From Steroidobacteraceae bacterium (GTDB lineage Bacteria; Pseudomonadota; Gammaproteobacteria; Steroidobacterales; Steroidobacteraceae): DNA of 64,000 nucleotides. Shown in pieces: positions 1 through 9,113 of this stretch. Positions within the stretch are counted from its first letter, which is position 1. Every line of letters starts with the position of its first letter. The notes under the pieces are model-generated. The model searched no databases. It was given only the letters and a program-made list of their open reading frames with translations, and was not told the DNA's origin. Position numbers and translations under genes: made by a program. Location: contig DATJVL010000017.1 of NCBI GenBank assembly GCA_035501795.1, positions 3,750 through 67,749 on the forward strand, in the 5' to 3' direction.

Positions 1-975
1 CAGCAGCGCGAGGCAGCGGTGCCGGTGCTGCGGGCCGCGATCGGCGGGCACCGTGACTTGCGGCAGCACCAGGCTGTAGGGCTCCCCGCCCGCCTCGGCG
101 TCTACGACCCAGCGCGCCAGCTGCGACAGGCGCGCCTCGGTGCCGGCGAGCGCCACGCGCGCGAAGTCGAAGACGCGCAGGTCCGCCGCCGCAGCCTGGT
201 ATTCCTTCACCAGCAGCGGCGCCTCGCGCGCGTAGGCCTTCCAGTCGACCTGACGCGGCGAGTCGCCGTCGCGAAACGGCCGCAGGCCGAGCCACTCGTC
301 CACGCCGGCACCGGCGCGCAGGCGGGCGGCGCCGCGCGCGGCGCCGTGCAGCGGCATGGGCAGCGCCCCGAGCGGGGCGGGGTAGACGATGAGCTCGAGC
401 GGCGCGTGCACCCAGGTCCAGGCGCGAAACAGCGCGTAGGGATGCGCGGTCGAGATGCGCACGCGCTCGAGCGGCACGACCCCGCGGCGCTGCGGCGGCA
501 GGCTGAGCGCGAGCTGAGCACTCGCTGCGGCCGCGAGGTCCGCGCGCACGCGCTCGCCGCCCTCCAGCTGCGCCTCGAGCGCCAGGCGTGCGCGCGCATC
601 CGGGTTGCCGAGCCGCACCAGCAGCGTCGCCGGGCGCTGTGCGAACACCGCCGGCGCCTCGAGCGCGACCACGCTGACCCCGAGGAGGTTGCGGTGGCAC
701 TGCTGCATGACCACCAGCACGAAGGCGGCGAGCAGGAAGGTCAACAGCAGCGCCAGGCTGTTGGCGTAGTTCAGGCCGGCGAGCAGCATGACCAGCAGCA
801 GCGTGCCGAAGGCGACGCCGCCGCGGGTCGGCAGGATGTAGAGGCGCCGCCGCTCGAGGCGGGCCGGCAGCTGATCCTCCCCCTGGCGCTCGCGCACCCA
901 GCGCGCCATGCGCGCGCGCACTCGCTGGCGCAGCGCGCCCAGGGGCTGCGGGAGGCCAAGCGCGCCGGCTGCCAC
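1..975 (-). CDS. DUF58 domain-containing protein (partial; C-terminus lies beyond the left window edge)
   Basis: This gene is not in the supplied track because it has no stop codon inside the window. My minus-strand translation from GTG 975 (or in-frame ATG 909) stays open to position 1. It reads ...RRLYILPTRGGVAFGTLLLVMLLAGLNYANSLALLLTFLLAAFVLVV... (two TM helices) and ...GVDEWLGLRPFRDGDSPRQVDWKAYAREAPLLVKEYQ..., the core motif of DUF58 proteins. It starts about 20 nt after the MoxR stop, the usual MoxR-DUF58 arrangement. Confidence 0.7.
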   Translation of the reverse strand, partial: MAAGALGLPQPLGALRQRVRARMARWVRERQGEDQLPARLERRRLYILPTRGGVAFGTLLLVMLLAGLNYANSLALLLTFLLAAFVLVVMQQCHRNLLGVSVVALEAPAVFAQRPATLLVRLGNPDARARLALEAQLEGGERVRADLAAAASAQLALSLPPQRRGVVPLERVRISTAHPYALFRAWTWVHAPLELIVYPAPLGALPMPLHGAARGAARLRAGAGVDEWLGLRPFRDGDSPRQVDWKAYAREAPLLVKEYQAAAADLRVFDFARVALAGTEARLSQLARWVVDAEAGGEPYSLVLPQVTVPADRGPQHRHRCLALL

Positions 976-995
976 GCCCTGAGCCTCGCGCGCCC

Positions 996-1943
996 TTACG
1001 CGGGCACCGGCACGCCGCGGATCAGCTCGGCGGCCAGCTCATCGGCTGCGGGCGCCTCGGCGGCGTCGCGCCGCTCGAGCCGGTGTGCCACCACCGCCGG
1101 CAGCACCGCCTGCACGTCCTCCGGCAGCACCGCGGCGCGGCCCTCGAGGTAGGCCCACGCCTGGGCAGCGCGCAGCAGCCCCTGGCCGGCGCGCGGGGAC
1201 AGCCCGAGCTTGAGGTCGGCGCGTTCGCGCGTGCGCGCGATCAAGCTCTGGGTGTAGTCAAGCAGCGCATCGGCGATGTGCACGGCGCGCACCGCGCGCT
1301 GCAGCCCCAGCACCCCGGCGGCCGAGAGCGCCGGCACGATGCCCGGCAGCAGCTCGCGCCGCTCCCCGCCGCGCAGCAGCGCCCGCTCGTGCGCCGCGTC
1401 CGGGTAGCCGAGCGTGACGCGCATGAGGAAGCGGTCGAGCTGCGATTCGGGCAGTGCGAAGGTGCCGAGCTGCTCGTGCGGGTTCTGCGTGGCGACCACG
1501 AAGAACGGCTCGGGCAGTGCGTAAGTGGTGCCGTCGGCGCTCACCTGGCGCTCCTCCATCGCCTCCAGCAGCGCGCTCTGGGTGCGCGGGCTGGCGCGGT
1601 TCACCTCATCGGCCAGCAGCAGCTGCGTGAACACCGGTCCCTGGCGGAAGTGGAAGCGCTGGTGCGAGCGATCGAACACCGACACGCCGATGATGTCCGC
1701 TGGCAGCAGGTCGCTGGTGAACTGCACCCGCTGCCAGGCGAGGCCGAGCACGTGCGCGAGCGCGTGCGCCAGCGTGGTCTTGCCCACCCCGGGCACGTCC
1801 TCGATCAGCAGGTGGCCGCGTGCCAGCAGGCACGCCAGGCACAGGCGCACCTGTCCGGGCTTGCCGAGGATCACGGTCTCGAGCAGCTCGCGCGCCCGCG
1901 CCAGCGCGGCCGCCTCCGGGGCTGCCTGTGCGGCGGCGCTCAC
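996..1943 (-). CDS. MoxR-family AAA+ ATPase
   Basis: The 315-aa product has Walker A DVPGVGKT, Walker [12 protein letters not shown], then [24 protein letters not shown], the AAA_3/MoxR pattern. Its start overlaps the valS stop by 4 nt. Confidence 0.9.
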   Translation of the reverse strand: MSAAAQAAPEAAALARARELLETVILGKPGQVRLCLACLLARGHLLIEDVPGVGKTTLAHALAHVLGLAWQRVQFTSDLLPADIIGVSVFDRSHQRFHFRQGPVFTQLLLADEVNRASPRTQSALLEAMEERQVSADGTTYALPEPFFVVATQNPHEQLGTFALPESQLDRFLMRVTLGYPDAAHERALLRGGERRELLPGIVPALSAAGVLGLQRAVRAVHIADALLDYTQSLIARTRERADLKLGLSPRAGQGLLRAAQAWAYLEGRAAVLPEDVQAVLPAVVAHRLERRDAAEAPAADELAAELIRGVPVPA

Positions 1944-4705
1944 GGCGGCAGCATTCCGCGCACGCGCGTCAGCTGTGCGCTCAGGTCGCTCAGGGCGCGG
2001 GCGAGTTCGCGCTCGCGCTCGCGATCAGCGGCCACCACCTCGGCCGGCGCGTTGCGCACGAAGCTCTCATTCGCCAGCCGCGCCTGCGTCTTGCCGAGCT
2101 CGGCCTGGGTCTTGCTGATGAGCTTGCCGAGCCGCTCGACCTCCGCCGCCGCATCGATGAGTCCGGCCATGGGCACCAGCAGCGCCAGCGTTCCCACGAG
2201 CGCGACGGCGCACTGCGGCGCCTGCGAGCCGGCGGGTAGCAGCTGCAGGCTCTCGAGGCCGGCGAGCCGCTCGATGAGGGCGCGATGGCGCCCGGCGTAG
2301 TCGCTGTCCTGGGCGCTGGCGTCGCGCAGCAGCAGCGGGATGCGCCGCGCCGGGCTGATGTTCATCTCGCCGCGGATCTGGCGCACGCCGAGCACCACCG
2401 CCTGGATCCAGGCGGCCTCGCGCTCGGCGGCCTCATCGGCCGGGTAGTCGGCCGCCTGCGGGTAGGGGGCGAGCATCACGCTCTCGCCGTGGGCGCCGGC
2501 AAAGGGTGCCACGCGCCGCCAGATCTCCTCGGTGATGAAGGGCATGAAGGGGTGCAGCGCGCGCTGCAGCGCCTCGAGCACGCCGCACAGGGTATGGAGC
2601 GCGCCGTGCCGTGCCGCCTGGTCCGCCGCACCCTGCAGCACCGGCTTGGTGAGCTCCAGGTACCAGTCGCAGAAGTCGTACCAGGCGAACTCGTACAGCG
2701 CGCTGGCGGCGTAGTCGAAGCGGTAGTCGCGGTACGCCTCCTCCAGGCGCGTGAGCATCCGGCCGAAGCGCGCCCGGATCCAGCGGTCGGCCACCGACAG
2801 CCCCGGGGGCGCGCCGGCCTGTGGTGCCGCCTCGCCCACCGCCAGCGTCACGTAGCGCGCCGCGTTCCACAGCTTGTTGCAGAAGTTGCGGTAACCGGCC
2901 ACGCGCGCCAGGTCGAAGCGGATATCGCGGTTCGGGGAGGCGAGGGCGGCGAAGGTGAAGCGCAGCGCGTCGGTGCCGTGCGCCGCGATGCCCTCCGGGT
3001 ACTGGCGGCGGGTGGCGCGCTCGATCTGCGGTGCCAGCTGCGGCTGCATCAGCCCGGCGGTGCGCTTCTCGATCAGCGCCCCGAGGCTGATGCCGTCCAC
3101 GATGTCCATCGGGTCGATGACGTTGCCCTTGGACTTGGACATCTTCTCGCCGCGCTCATCGCGGATCAGGCCGGTGATGTACACGTCGCGGAACGGCACG
3201 TCCCCCATGAACTTCAGCCCCATCATCAGCATGCGCGCGACCCAGAAGAAGATGATGTCGAAGCCGGTCACCAGCACGCTGCCGGGGTAGAAGCGCTTGA
3301 GGTCGGCAGCCTCAGCGGGCCAGCCGAGGGTGGAGAAGGGCCACAGTGCCGAGGAGAACCAGGTATCGAGCACGTCCTCGTCCTGCTTGAGCGGCAGCGC
3401 GCCAAGTCCGTGGGAGGCGCGCACTTCTGCCTCGCTGCGCCCGACGTATACGCGGCCCTGCGCGTCGTACCAGGCCGGGATGCGATGCCCCCACCACAGC
3501 TGGCGGCTGACGCACCAGTCCTTGATGTTGCGCATCCACTCGAAGTAGGTGCGCGCCCAGCCCTCGGGCACGAAGCGCGTGCGCCCCTGCTCGACCGCGG
3601 CCACCGCGGGCGCAGCCAGCGGCGCGATGCGCACGTACCACTGGTCGGTCAGGTAAGGCTCCAGGATCGCGCCCGAGCGGTCGCCGCGCGGCACCACCAG
3701 GCGGTGCGGCTCGACCTTCTCGATCAGGCCCGCCGCCTCGAGCTCGGCGAGCACGCGCTCGCGCGCGGCGAAGCGATCGAGGCCGCGCAAGCGCTCCGGC
3801 ACGGCTTCCGACAGCGCGGCCCGCGGCGTGAAGATGTTGATGAGCGGCAGCTGGTGGCGCTGGCCGATCTCGTAGTCGTTGAAGTCGTGCGCCGGGGTGA
3901 TCTTGACGCAGCCCGAGCCGAAGGCCGGGTCGACGTAGGCGTCCGCGATCACCGGGATGTCGCGCCCGGCGAGCGGCAGCTGCACCCGCCGGCCGACGAG
4001 GGCCTGGTAGCGCTCATCCTGCGGGTGCACGGCGACCGCCGCATCGCCCAGCAGGGTTTCCGGGCGCGTGGTCGCGACCACGAGGTAGCCGGCGCCGTCC
4101 GCGAGCGGATAGCGCAGGTGCCACAGCCGTCCGTCCTCCTCCTCGGCCTGCACCTCCAGGTCCGAGAGCGCCGTCAGCAGCACCGGGTCCCAGTTCACCA
4201 GGCGCTTGCCGCGGTAGATGAGTCCCTCGGCGTGCAGCTGCACGAACACCTCGGTGACGGCCTGCGACAGCTGCGGGTCGAGCGTGAAGCGATCGCGCGA
4301 CCAGTCGACCGAGTCGCCCAGGCGGCGCATCTGCGCCGTAATGGTGCCGCCAGAGTGCGCCTTCCACTGCCACACGCGCGCGACGAACTGCTCGCGCGTG
4401 AGCTCGGTGCGCTTCTTACCCTCGGCGTTGAGCTGCCGTTCCACCACCATCTGCGTGGCGATGCCGGCGTGATCGGTGCCCGGCTGCCACAGCACGTCCT
4501 GCCCGCGCATGCGGTGGTAGCGCGTCAGGGCGTCCATCAGCGTGTGCTGGAAGGCATGCCCCATGTGCAGCGTGCCGGTCACGTTGGGCGGCGGAATCAT
4601 GATGCAGTAGGGCGCGCCGCGGCCGCTGGGGGCAAACCAGCCGTGGGACTCCCAGCGCTCGTAGATGCGCCGCTCGATCTGTGCCGGCGCGTACACCTTG
4701 TCCAT
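1940..4705 (-). CDS. valS: valine--tRNA ligase
   Basis: The product has HIGH motif [14 protein letters not shown] motif EKMSKSKGN and a C-terminal coiled coil. The track ORF starts at 4732, but [19 protein letters not shown] (ATG 4705) matches the usual ValRS N-terminus. Confidence 0.96.
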   Translation of the reverse strand: MDKVYAPAQIERRIYERWESHGWFAPSGRGAPYCIMIPPPNVTGTLHMGHAFQHTLMDALTRYHRMRGQDVLWQPGTDHAGIATQMVVERQLNAEGKKRTELTREQFVARVWQWKAHSGGTITAQMRRLGDSVDWSRDRFTLDPQLSQAVTEVFVQLHAEGLIYRGKRLVNWDPVLLTALSDLEVQAEEEDGRLWHLRYPLADGAGYLVVATTRPETLLGDAAVAVHPQDERYQALVGRRVQLPLAGRDIPVIADAYVDPAFGSGCVKITPAHDFNDYEIGQRHQLPLINIFTPRAALSEAVPERLRGLDRFAARERVLAELEAAGLIEKVEPHRLVVPRGDRSGAILEPYLTDQWYVRIAPLAAPAVAAVEQGRTRFVPEGWARTYFEWMRNIKDWCVSRQLWWGHRIPAWYDAQGRVYVGRSEAEVRASHGLGALPLKQDEDVLDTWFSSALWPFSTLGWPAEAADLKRFYPGSVLVTGFDIIFFWVARMLMMGLKFMGDVPFRDVYITGLIRDERGEKMSKSKGNVIDPMDIVDGISLGALIEKRTAGLMQPQLAPQIERATRRQYPEGIAAHGTDALRFTFAALASPNRDIRFDLARVAGYRNFCNKLWNAARYVTLAVGEAAPQAGAPPGLSVADRWIRARFGRMLTRLEEAYRDYRFDYAASALYEFAWYDFCDWYLELTKPVLQGAADQAARHGALHTLCGVLEALQRALHPFMPFITEEIWRRVAPFAGAHGESVMLAPYPQAADYPADEAAEREAAWIQAVVLGVRQIRGEMNISPARRIPLLLRDASAQDSDYAGRHRALIERLAGLESLQLLPAGSQAPQCAVALVGTLALLVPMAGLIDAAAEVERLGKLISKTQAELGKTQARLANESFVRNAPAEVVAADRERERELARALSDLSAQLTRVRGMLPP

Positions 4706-4799
4706 GCGACCGCTTCGCGACTCTCGCCACAACAGGGGGGCGCCGGGGATTATAGCGGCAAGGCCGCGGCCGCCCCGGCGGCCGCGCGCCGGCGGGATT

Positions 4800-6287
4800 T
4801 CAGTGCGCGGCGCGCTGGATGAGGAAGTCCGCCAACAGCGGGGTGGGGCGCCCGGTGCTGCCCTTCTGCGCGCCGCTCTGGTAGGCGATGCCGGCGACGT
4901 CGAGGTGCGCCCACTTCAGTCCCTGGGTGAACTTGCCGAGGAAGGCGGCCGCGGTGATGGCGCCGCCGTCGCGCCCACCGACGTTGGCGAAATCGGCGAA
5001 GTTGCTCTTGAGTGCCTCGGCGTATTCCTCGGTGAGGGGCAGCTGCCAGCAGCGATCCTCGGCGCGCAGGCCCGCGGCCAGCAGCTCCTGCATGAGCCGC
5101 TCGTCGTTGCCCATCAGGCCGGCGTGATGGTGGCCGAGCGCGATCACGCAGGCGCCGGTCAAGGTGGCGATGTCGATGACCGCGCCCGGCTGGAAGCGCC
5201 GTGCGTAGTGGAGCGCATCGCACAGGATCAGGCGCCCCTCCGCGTCGGTGTTGAGGATCTCCACCGTCTGCCCCGAGGCGCTGGTGGCGATATCGCCCGG
5301 CTTGACCGCGCGGCCGCCCGGCATGTTCTCCACCGCGGCCACCAGCCCTACCACGTGCAGCGGCAGGCGCAGCTGCGCGGCGAGAGTGAGCGTGGCGATG
5401 ACCGCCGCCGCGCCGCTCATGTCGAACTTCATCTCGTCCATGCCCGGCGGATCCTTGAGCGAGATGCCGCCGGTGTCGAAGGTGACACCCTTGCCGACCA
5501 GCACCACCGGGGCCTGCGCCTTCTTGCCGCCGCGGTACTCGAGCACGATGAAGCGCGGCGGCTGGTGCGAGCCCTGCGACACCGCCAGCAGGCAACCCAT
5601 CTTCTCGCGCCGGATCGCCGGCTGATCGAGCACCCGCACGCGCAGGTTCGGGTAGCGCTTGCCGAGCGCGCGCGCCTGCTCGGCCAGGTACAGCGGCGTG
5701 CACACGTTGGCGGGCAGATTGGCGAGATCGCGCTGGATGACCTGGGCGGCGGCGATCGCCTCGCCGTGCTTCAGGCCGCGCAGCGCGGCGTTCGCCTTAC
5801 GCACCGGGCCGGCGAGCACCTTCTTCAGCGCGGCCGCCGGCGGCTTCTTGGCGGTCTTCAGGTCGTTGACCCGGTAGAGCGCCGCGCCGGTGAGCTCGGC
5901 CACCTGCCGCCCGAGGTAGTAGTCATCGAGCTGCCGGGTCTCGGGACGGTCGAGCGCGATGGCGCAGCTGCCGATGCGCGTGCGCACCAGCGCCGCCAGC
6001 GCCGCCTGGCAGGCGCGCCGCCACGCCTTGCGCTGGAAGGCCTTCTTGCTGCCAAGCCCGACCAGCAGCACGCGCGAGGCGCTGATGCCGGGCAGCTCGG
6101 CGATGAGCAGCGTGTCGCCGGCGCGGCCGGCGAAGTCGCCGCGCTCGAGCAGCTTCTTCAGGCGTCCGCCGCAGGCGCCATCGAGCGCGCGCGCCTCGCC
6201 GCTGAGCTCGCTCTCCTCGAACACGCCGAGCACCAGGCAATCCACCGCGAGGGTTGCCAGGCCCTTGGTCCAGACACCGAATTCCAT
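4800..6287 (-). CDS. pepA: leucyl aminopeptidase (M17)
   Basis: The 495-aa product starts MEFGV like E. coli PepA. It carries [11 protein letters not shown] and the NTDAEGRL signature. Confidence 0.95.
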   Translation of the reverse strand: MEFGVWTKGLATLAVDCLVLGVFEESELSGEARALDGACGGRLKKLLERGDFAGRAGDTLLIAELPGISASRVLLVGLGSKKAFQRKAWRRACQAALAALVRTRIGSCAIALDRPETRQLDDYYLGRQVAELTGAALYRVNDLKTAKKPPAAALKKVLAGPVRKANAALRGLKHGEAIAAAQVIQRDLANLPANVCTPLYLAEQARALGKRYPNLRVRVLDQPAIRREKMGCLLAVSQGSHQPPRFIVLEYRGGKKAQAPVVLVGKGVTFDTGGISLKDPPGMDEMKFDMSGAAAVIATLTLAAQLRLPLHVVGLVAAVENMPGGRAVKPGDIATSASGQTVEILNTDAEGRLILCDALHYARRFQPGAVIDIATLTGACVIALGHHHAGLMGNDERLMQELLAAGLRAEDRCWQLPLTEEYAEALKSNFADFANVGGRDGGAITAAAFLGKFTQGLKWAHLDVAGIAYQSGAQKGSTGRPTPLLADFLIQRAAH

Positions 6288-6455
6288 TGCGTATCCCCTC
6301 GCCGTTGAGGCGCGTTAGACTCTCATTTACCTTATTGGGCGCCTCGCTCCGTGGTGCGTCGCTGCAGCGCTCGCTGCGCGCGCCCGGATGCATGCGGCGG
6401 CAAGTGTAACTCAAGAGCCCGCCGGGTTTGCGGGGGGCGAAACGGACGGTCCGCG

Positions 6456-7547
6456 TTGGGGAAGATCCTCGGCCGTTACATTCTGCGCGAGGTGGTGCTC
6501 GCCTGGCTGCTCGTGACCGGTGTGCTGCTGGTCATCCTGCTCGCCTACCAGGTGGTCGGCGTGCTCGAGCGCGCCGCCGCCAACCAGTTCCCGCCGGGCG
6601 TGGTGCTGCAGCTGATCTGGCTCGGCGCCCTGCAGTACCTGTCGATCCTGCTGCCCGTCGGGCTGCTGCTCGGCGTGGTGCTCGCCTTCGGCCGGCTCTA
6701 TGCCGACAGCGAGATGGCCGCGGCGCTCGCCTGCGGCGCCGGCCCGGCTTACATCTACTTCCCGGTGGTGGGCCTGGCGCTGTTGGTCGCCACCGCGCTC
6801 GCCTGGCTGACGCTGCTGTTTGCGCCGCAGGCCACCGAGCAGGCGCTGGCGCTGCGTCGCGAAGCGGTGCGTGCCGGGCAGTTCGCCCCGCTGGTGGCGG
6901 GCAAGTTCCGCAGCTTCGTCGGTGGCACGGCGGTGGTGTACGCGCAGGAGGTGAGCGCGGACGGCACGCTGCGCGATGTGTTCGTCGAGCGCAGCCGCGG
7001 CCCTCTGATACAGGTGGCGCTGGCGGACCGCGCGCGCCACAGCGTCACGGCGGACGGCCAGACGCACATCCTGACCCTCTACGACGGCGAGCGCTTCGAG
7101 GGCGTGCCGGGGAGCGCCGAGTTCCGCATCGTGCGCTTCGCCGAGCACGTGGTGCCGGTGCAGCTGCCGAGCGGCCATGACGAGATCCGCGACCTGGAGG
7201 CGCGCCCGAGCGCGCTGCTGGCGCGCTCGCGCGAGCCGGAGCAGCGCGCCGAGCTGCAGTGGCGCATCGCGACCCCGCTCATGTGCCTGGTGCTGGCGCT
7301 GATCGCCGTGCCGCTGGCACGGCTGCGCCCGCGCCAGGGACGCTACGCCCGCGTCTGGGTGGCACTGCTGATCTTCCTGCTCTACTCGCAGCTGATCTCG
7401 GTGGGTAAGGTCATGATCGCGCGCGGCCGGGCGCCGCCGCTGCTCGGGCTGTGGTGGACCCACGCGATCGTGGTGGCGTTCGCGCTGTTGGTGCTGTTCA
7501 CCCCCACGCTGCGTACGCGGCTGCGCTACCGGCGGCAGGTTGCATGA
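6456..7547 (+). CDS. lptF: LPS export ABC transporter permease LptF
   Basis: The product is a polytopic permease, divergent from pepA as in enterobacteria. The family-like N-terminus GKILGRYILREVVLAWLL begins at in-frame TTG 6456. The 35 upstream codons of track ORF 6351 are Arg/Cys-rich and unlikely to be coding. The stop overlaps the lptG start (ATGA at 7544-7547). Confidence 0.85.
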   Translation: MGKILGRYILREVVLAWLLVTGVLLVILLAYQVVGVLERAAANQFPPGVVLQLIWLGALQYLSILLPVGLLLGVVLAFGRLYADSEMAAALACGAGPAYIYFPVVGLALLVATALAWLTLLFAPQATEQALALRREAVRAGQFAPLVAGKFRSFVGGTAVVYAQEVSADGTLRDVFVERSRGPLIQVALADRARHSVTADGQTHILTLYDGERFEGVPGSAEFRIVRFAEHVVPVQLPSGHDEIRDLEARPSALLARSREPEQRAELQWRIATPLMCLVLALIAVPLARLRPRQGRYARVWVALLIFLLYSQLISVGKVMIARGRAPPLLGLWWTHAIVVAFALLVLFTPTLRTRLRYRRQVA

Positions 7548-8608
7548 GCATCCTCGACCGCTACATCGTGCGCACCATCCTCGGCTCGGTGCTGCTGATC
7601 GCGGGCGTGCTGCTGACCCTCGGCGCATTGCTCACCTTCATCGGCGAGCAGAATGACATCGGCAGCGGCGGCTACACCGCCTTCGATGCGCTGTGGTTCA
7701 CGGCGCTGCGCCTGCCGGCCTTCGCCTTCGACCTGCTGCCGATCACGGCGCTCATGGGGGCGCTCGTCGGGCTCGGCTCCCTGGCACGCGGCAGCGAGAT
7801 CACGGTGATACGCGCCACCGGCATCTCGGTCGCACACCTGGCCGGCATCTGCCTGATCGCCGGCCTGACCCTGGTCGGCACCGGGGTCGTGTTGGGTGAG
7901 TTCCTCGGCCCGACGCTGCAGCAGACGGCGCGCGAGCAGAAGGTGTTCCGGCGCTTCAATTCCGTGAACACCGCCGGCGGCGGCGCCTGGGTGCGCGACG
8001 GCAACCTGATCCTGCACGCCGCCGGCCAGTCGGGCCAGAGCCAGTTCGGCGGCATGCAGACCTTCGAGCTCTCACCCGAGCACCGCCTGCTCGCGCTCGG
8101 GCAGGCGCAGCACGCGATCGCGGGCACCAAGGGCACCTGGCTCCTCAGCAACTACAGCGAGTCGCGCTTCGAGGACGACCAGGTGCGCCGCGCCGGCCCG
8201 ACGCAGCGCGTGCTCGAATCGCACGTAACCGCGGCCTTCCTCGGGCTGGCGATCCAGAACCCCGAGCAGCTCACCAACCGCATGCTGTGGAAGCTGATCA
8301 GCTACTACCGCACCAACGGCCTCGATGACCGCGAGTTCGTGTTCGCCTTCTGGTCGCGCATCGCCCGCACCGTGGCGATCGCCTTCACGGTGCTGCTCGC
8401 CATCCCGTTCGTGCTCGGCTCGCTGCGCTCGGCCGGCACCGGCACGCGCATGCTGATGGGGCTGGTGCTCGGCATCGGCTTCTTCCTGCTGCAGCGGCTG
8501 ATCGAGAGCGGCACGATCGTCTTCAACCTCAACCCGATCGTGCTCGCGTGGCTGCCGACGGCGCTGCTGGCGGTGGTGACGGTGGCGCTCCTGGCGCGGG
8601 CGCGCTGA
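7544..8608 (+). CDS. lptG: LPS export ABC transporter permease LptG
   Basis: The N-terminus MSILDRYIVRTILGSVLL is typical of LptG. The product is a permease with a large periplasmic loop. The track ORF (7451) is an upstream extension inside lptF. Confidence 0.9.
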   Translation: MSILDRYIVRTILGSVLLIAGVLLTLGALLTFIGEQNDIGSGGYTAFDALWFTALRLPAFAFDLLPITALMGALVGLGSLARGSEITVIRATGISVAHLAGICLIAGLTLVGTGVVLGEFLGPTLQQTAREQKVFRRFNSVNTAGGGAWVRDGNLILHAAGQSGQSQFGGMQTFELSPEHRLLALGQAQHAIAGTKGTWLLSNYSESRFEDDQVRRAGPTQRVLESHVTAAFLGLAIQNPEQLTNRMLWKLISYYRTNGLDDREFVFAFWSRIARTVAIAFTVLLAIPFVLGSLRSAGTGTRMLMGLVLGIGFFLLQRLIESGTIVFNLNPIVLAWLPTALLAVVTVALLARAR

Positions 8609-8620
8609 GGGCGCGGGTCC

Positions 8621-9031
8621 TCAGCTGCCGCCGGCCGCGCGTGGCCACTGCGGCAGGTCATCGCCGATGTGCACCCAGGGGAGCTTGTCCGCCACCCACA
8701 CGTGCATCTGCGGCGTGAGCGCCCTGGGGTCATCGAGCGTGCCCAGCGTCACGTCGATCTCGGTGGGGCGCTTGTCGTTGCGATAGGTGAGCGAGCTGCC
8801 GCAGGCGGCGCAGAAGCCGCGCACCACCGGCGCCGAGGAGCGGAACTCGGCGAGCCGGCCGTGGGTGATGGCGAAGCGTGTGCGCTCGAAGGTCCCCCAC
8901 GGCACGCTCGGCGAGCCGGCCGCACGGCGGCAGCTGTCGCAGTGGCAGTAACACAGGTTGGTGGCCGTGCCGGTGGCGCGATAGCGCACCGCCCCGCACA
9001 GACAACCACCCGTGTAGACCGCCTCACTCAC
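8621..9031 (-). CDS. GFA family protein (glutathione-dependent formaldehyde-activating / CENP-V fold)
   Basis: The 136-aa product has GGCLCGAVRY...CHCDSCRR...FCAACGS, the Zn-binding Cys pattern of the GFA family. Confidence 0.85.
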   Translation of the reverse strand: MSEAVYTGGCLCGAVRYRATGTATNLCYCHCDSCRRAAGSPSVPWGTFERTRFAITHGRLAEFRSSAPVVRGFCAACGSSLTYRNDKRPTEIDVTLGTLDDPRALTPQMHVWVADKLPWVHIGDDLPQWPRAAGGS

Positions 9032-9113
9032 CCCGCTAACTTAGCACTCGTTGCCGTGCCGCTGCATTTCGGGGAACATCGCGAGCCCTTGCCGTGCGTT
9101 GAGGGGGTCAAGA

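Noticed and set aside
19-1152. 377-aa ORF on the + strand at the left edge
   Set aside because: It is antisense to the DUF58 and MoxR genes. The minus-strand frame gives clear DUF58 motifs, whereas this frame gives only Arg/Gln/Ala-rich sequence.
2285-4822. 845-aa ORF on the + strand
   Set aside because: It lies exactly antisense to valS. Its product is Arg/Ala/Gly/His-rich and low in complexity, with no motifs. This is the classic shadow ORF of a high-GC gene.
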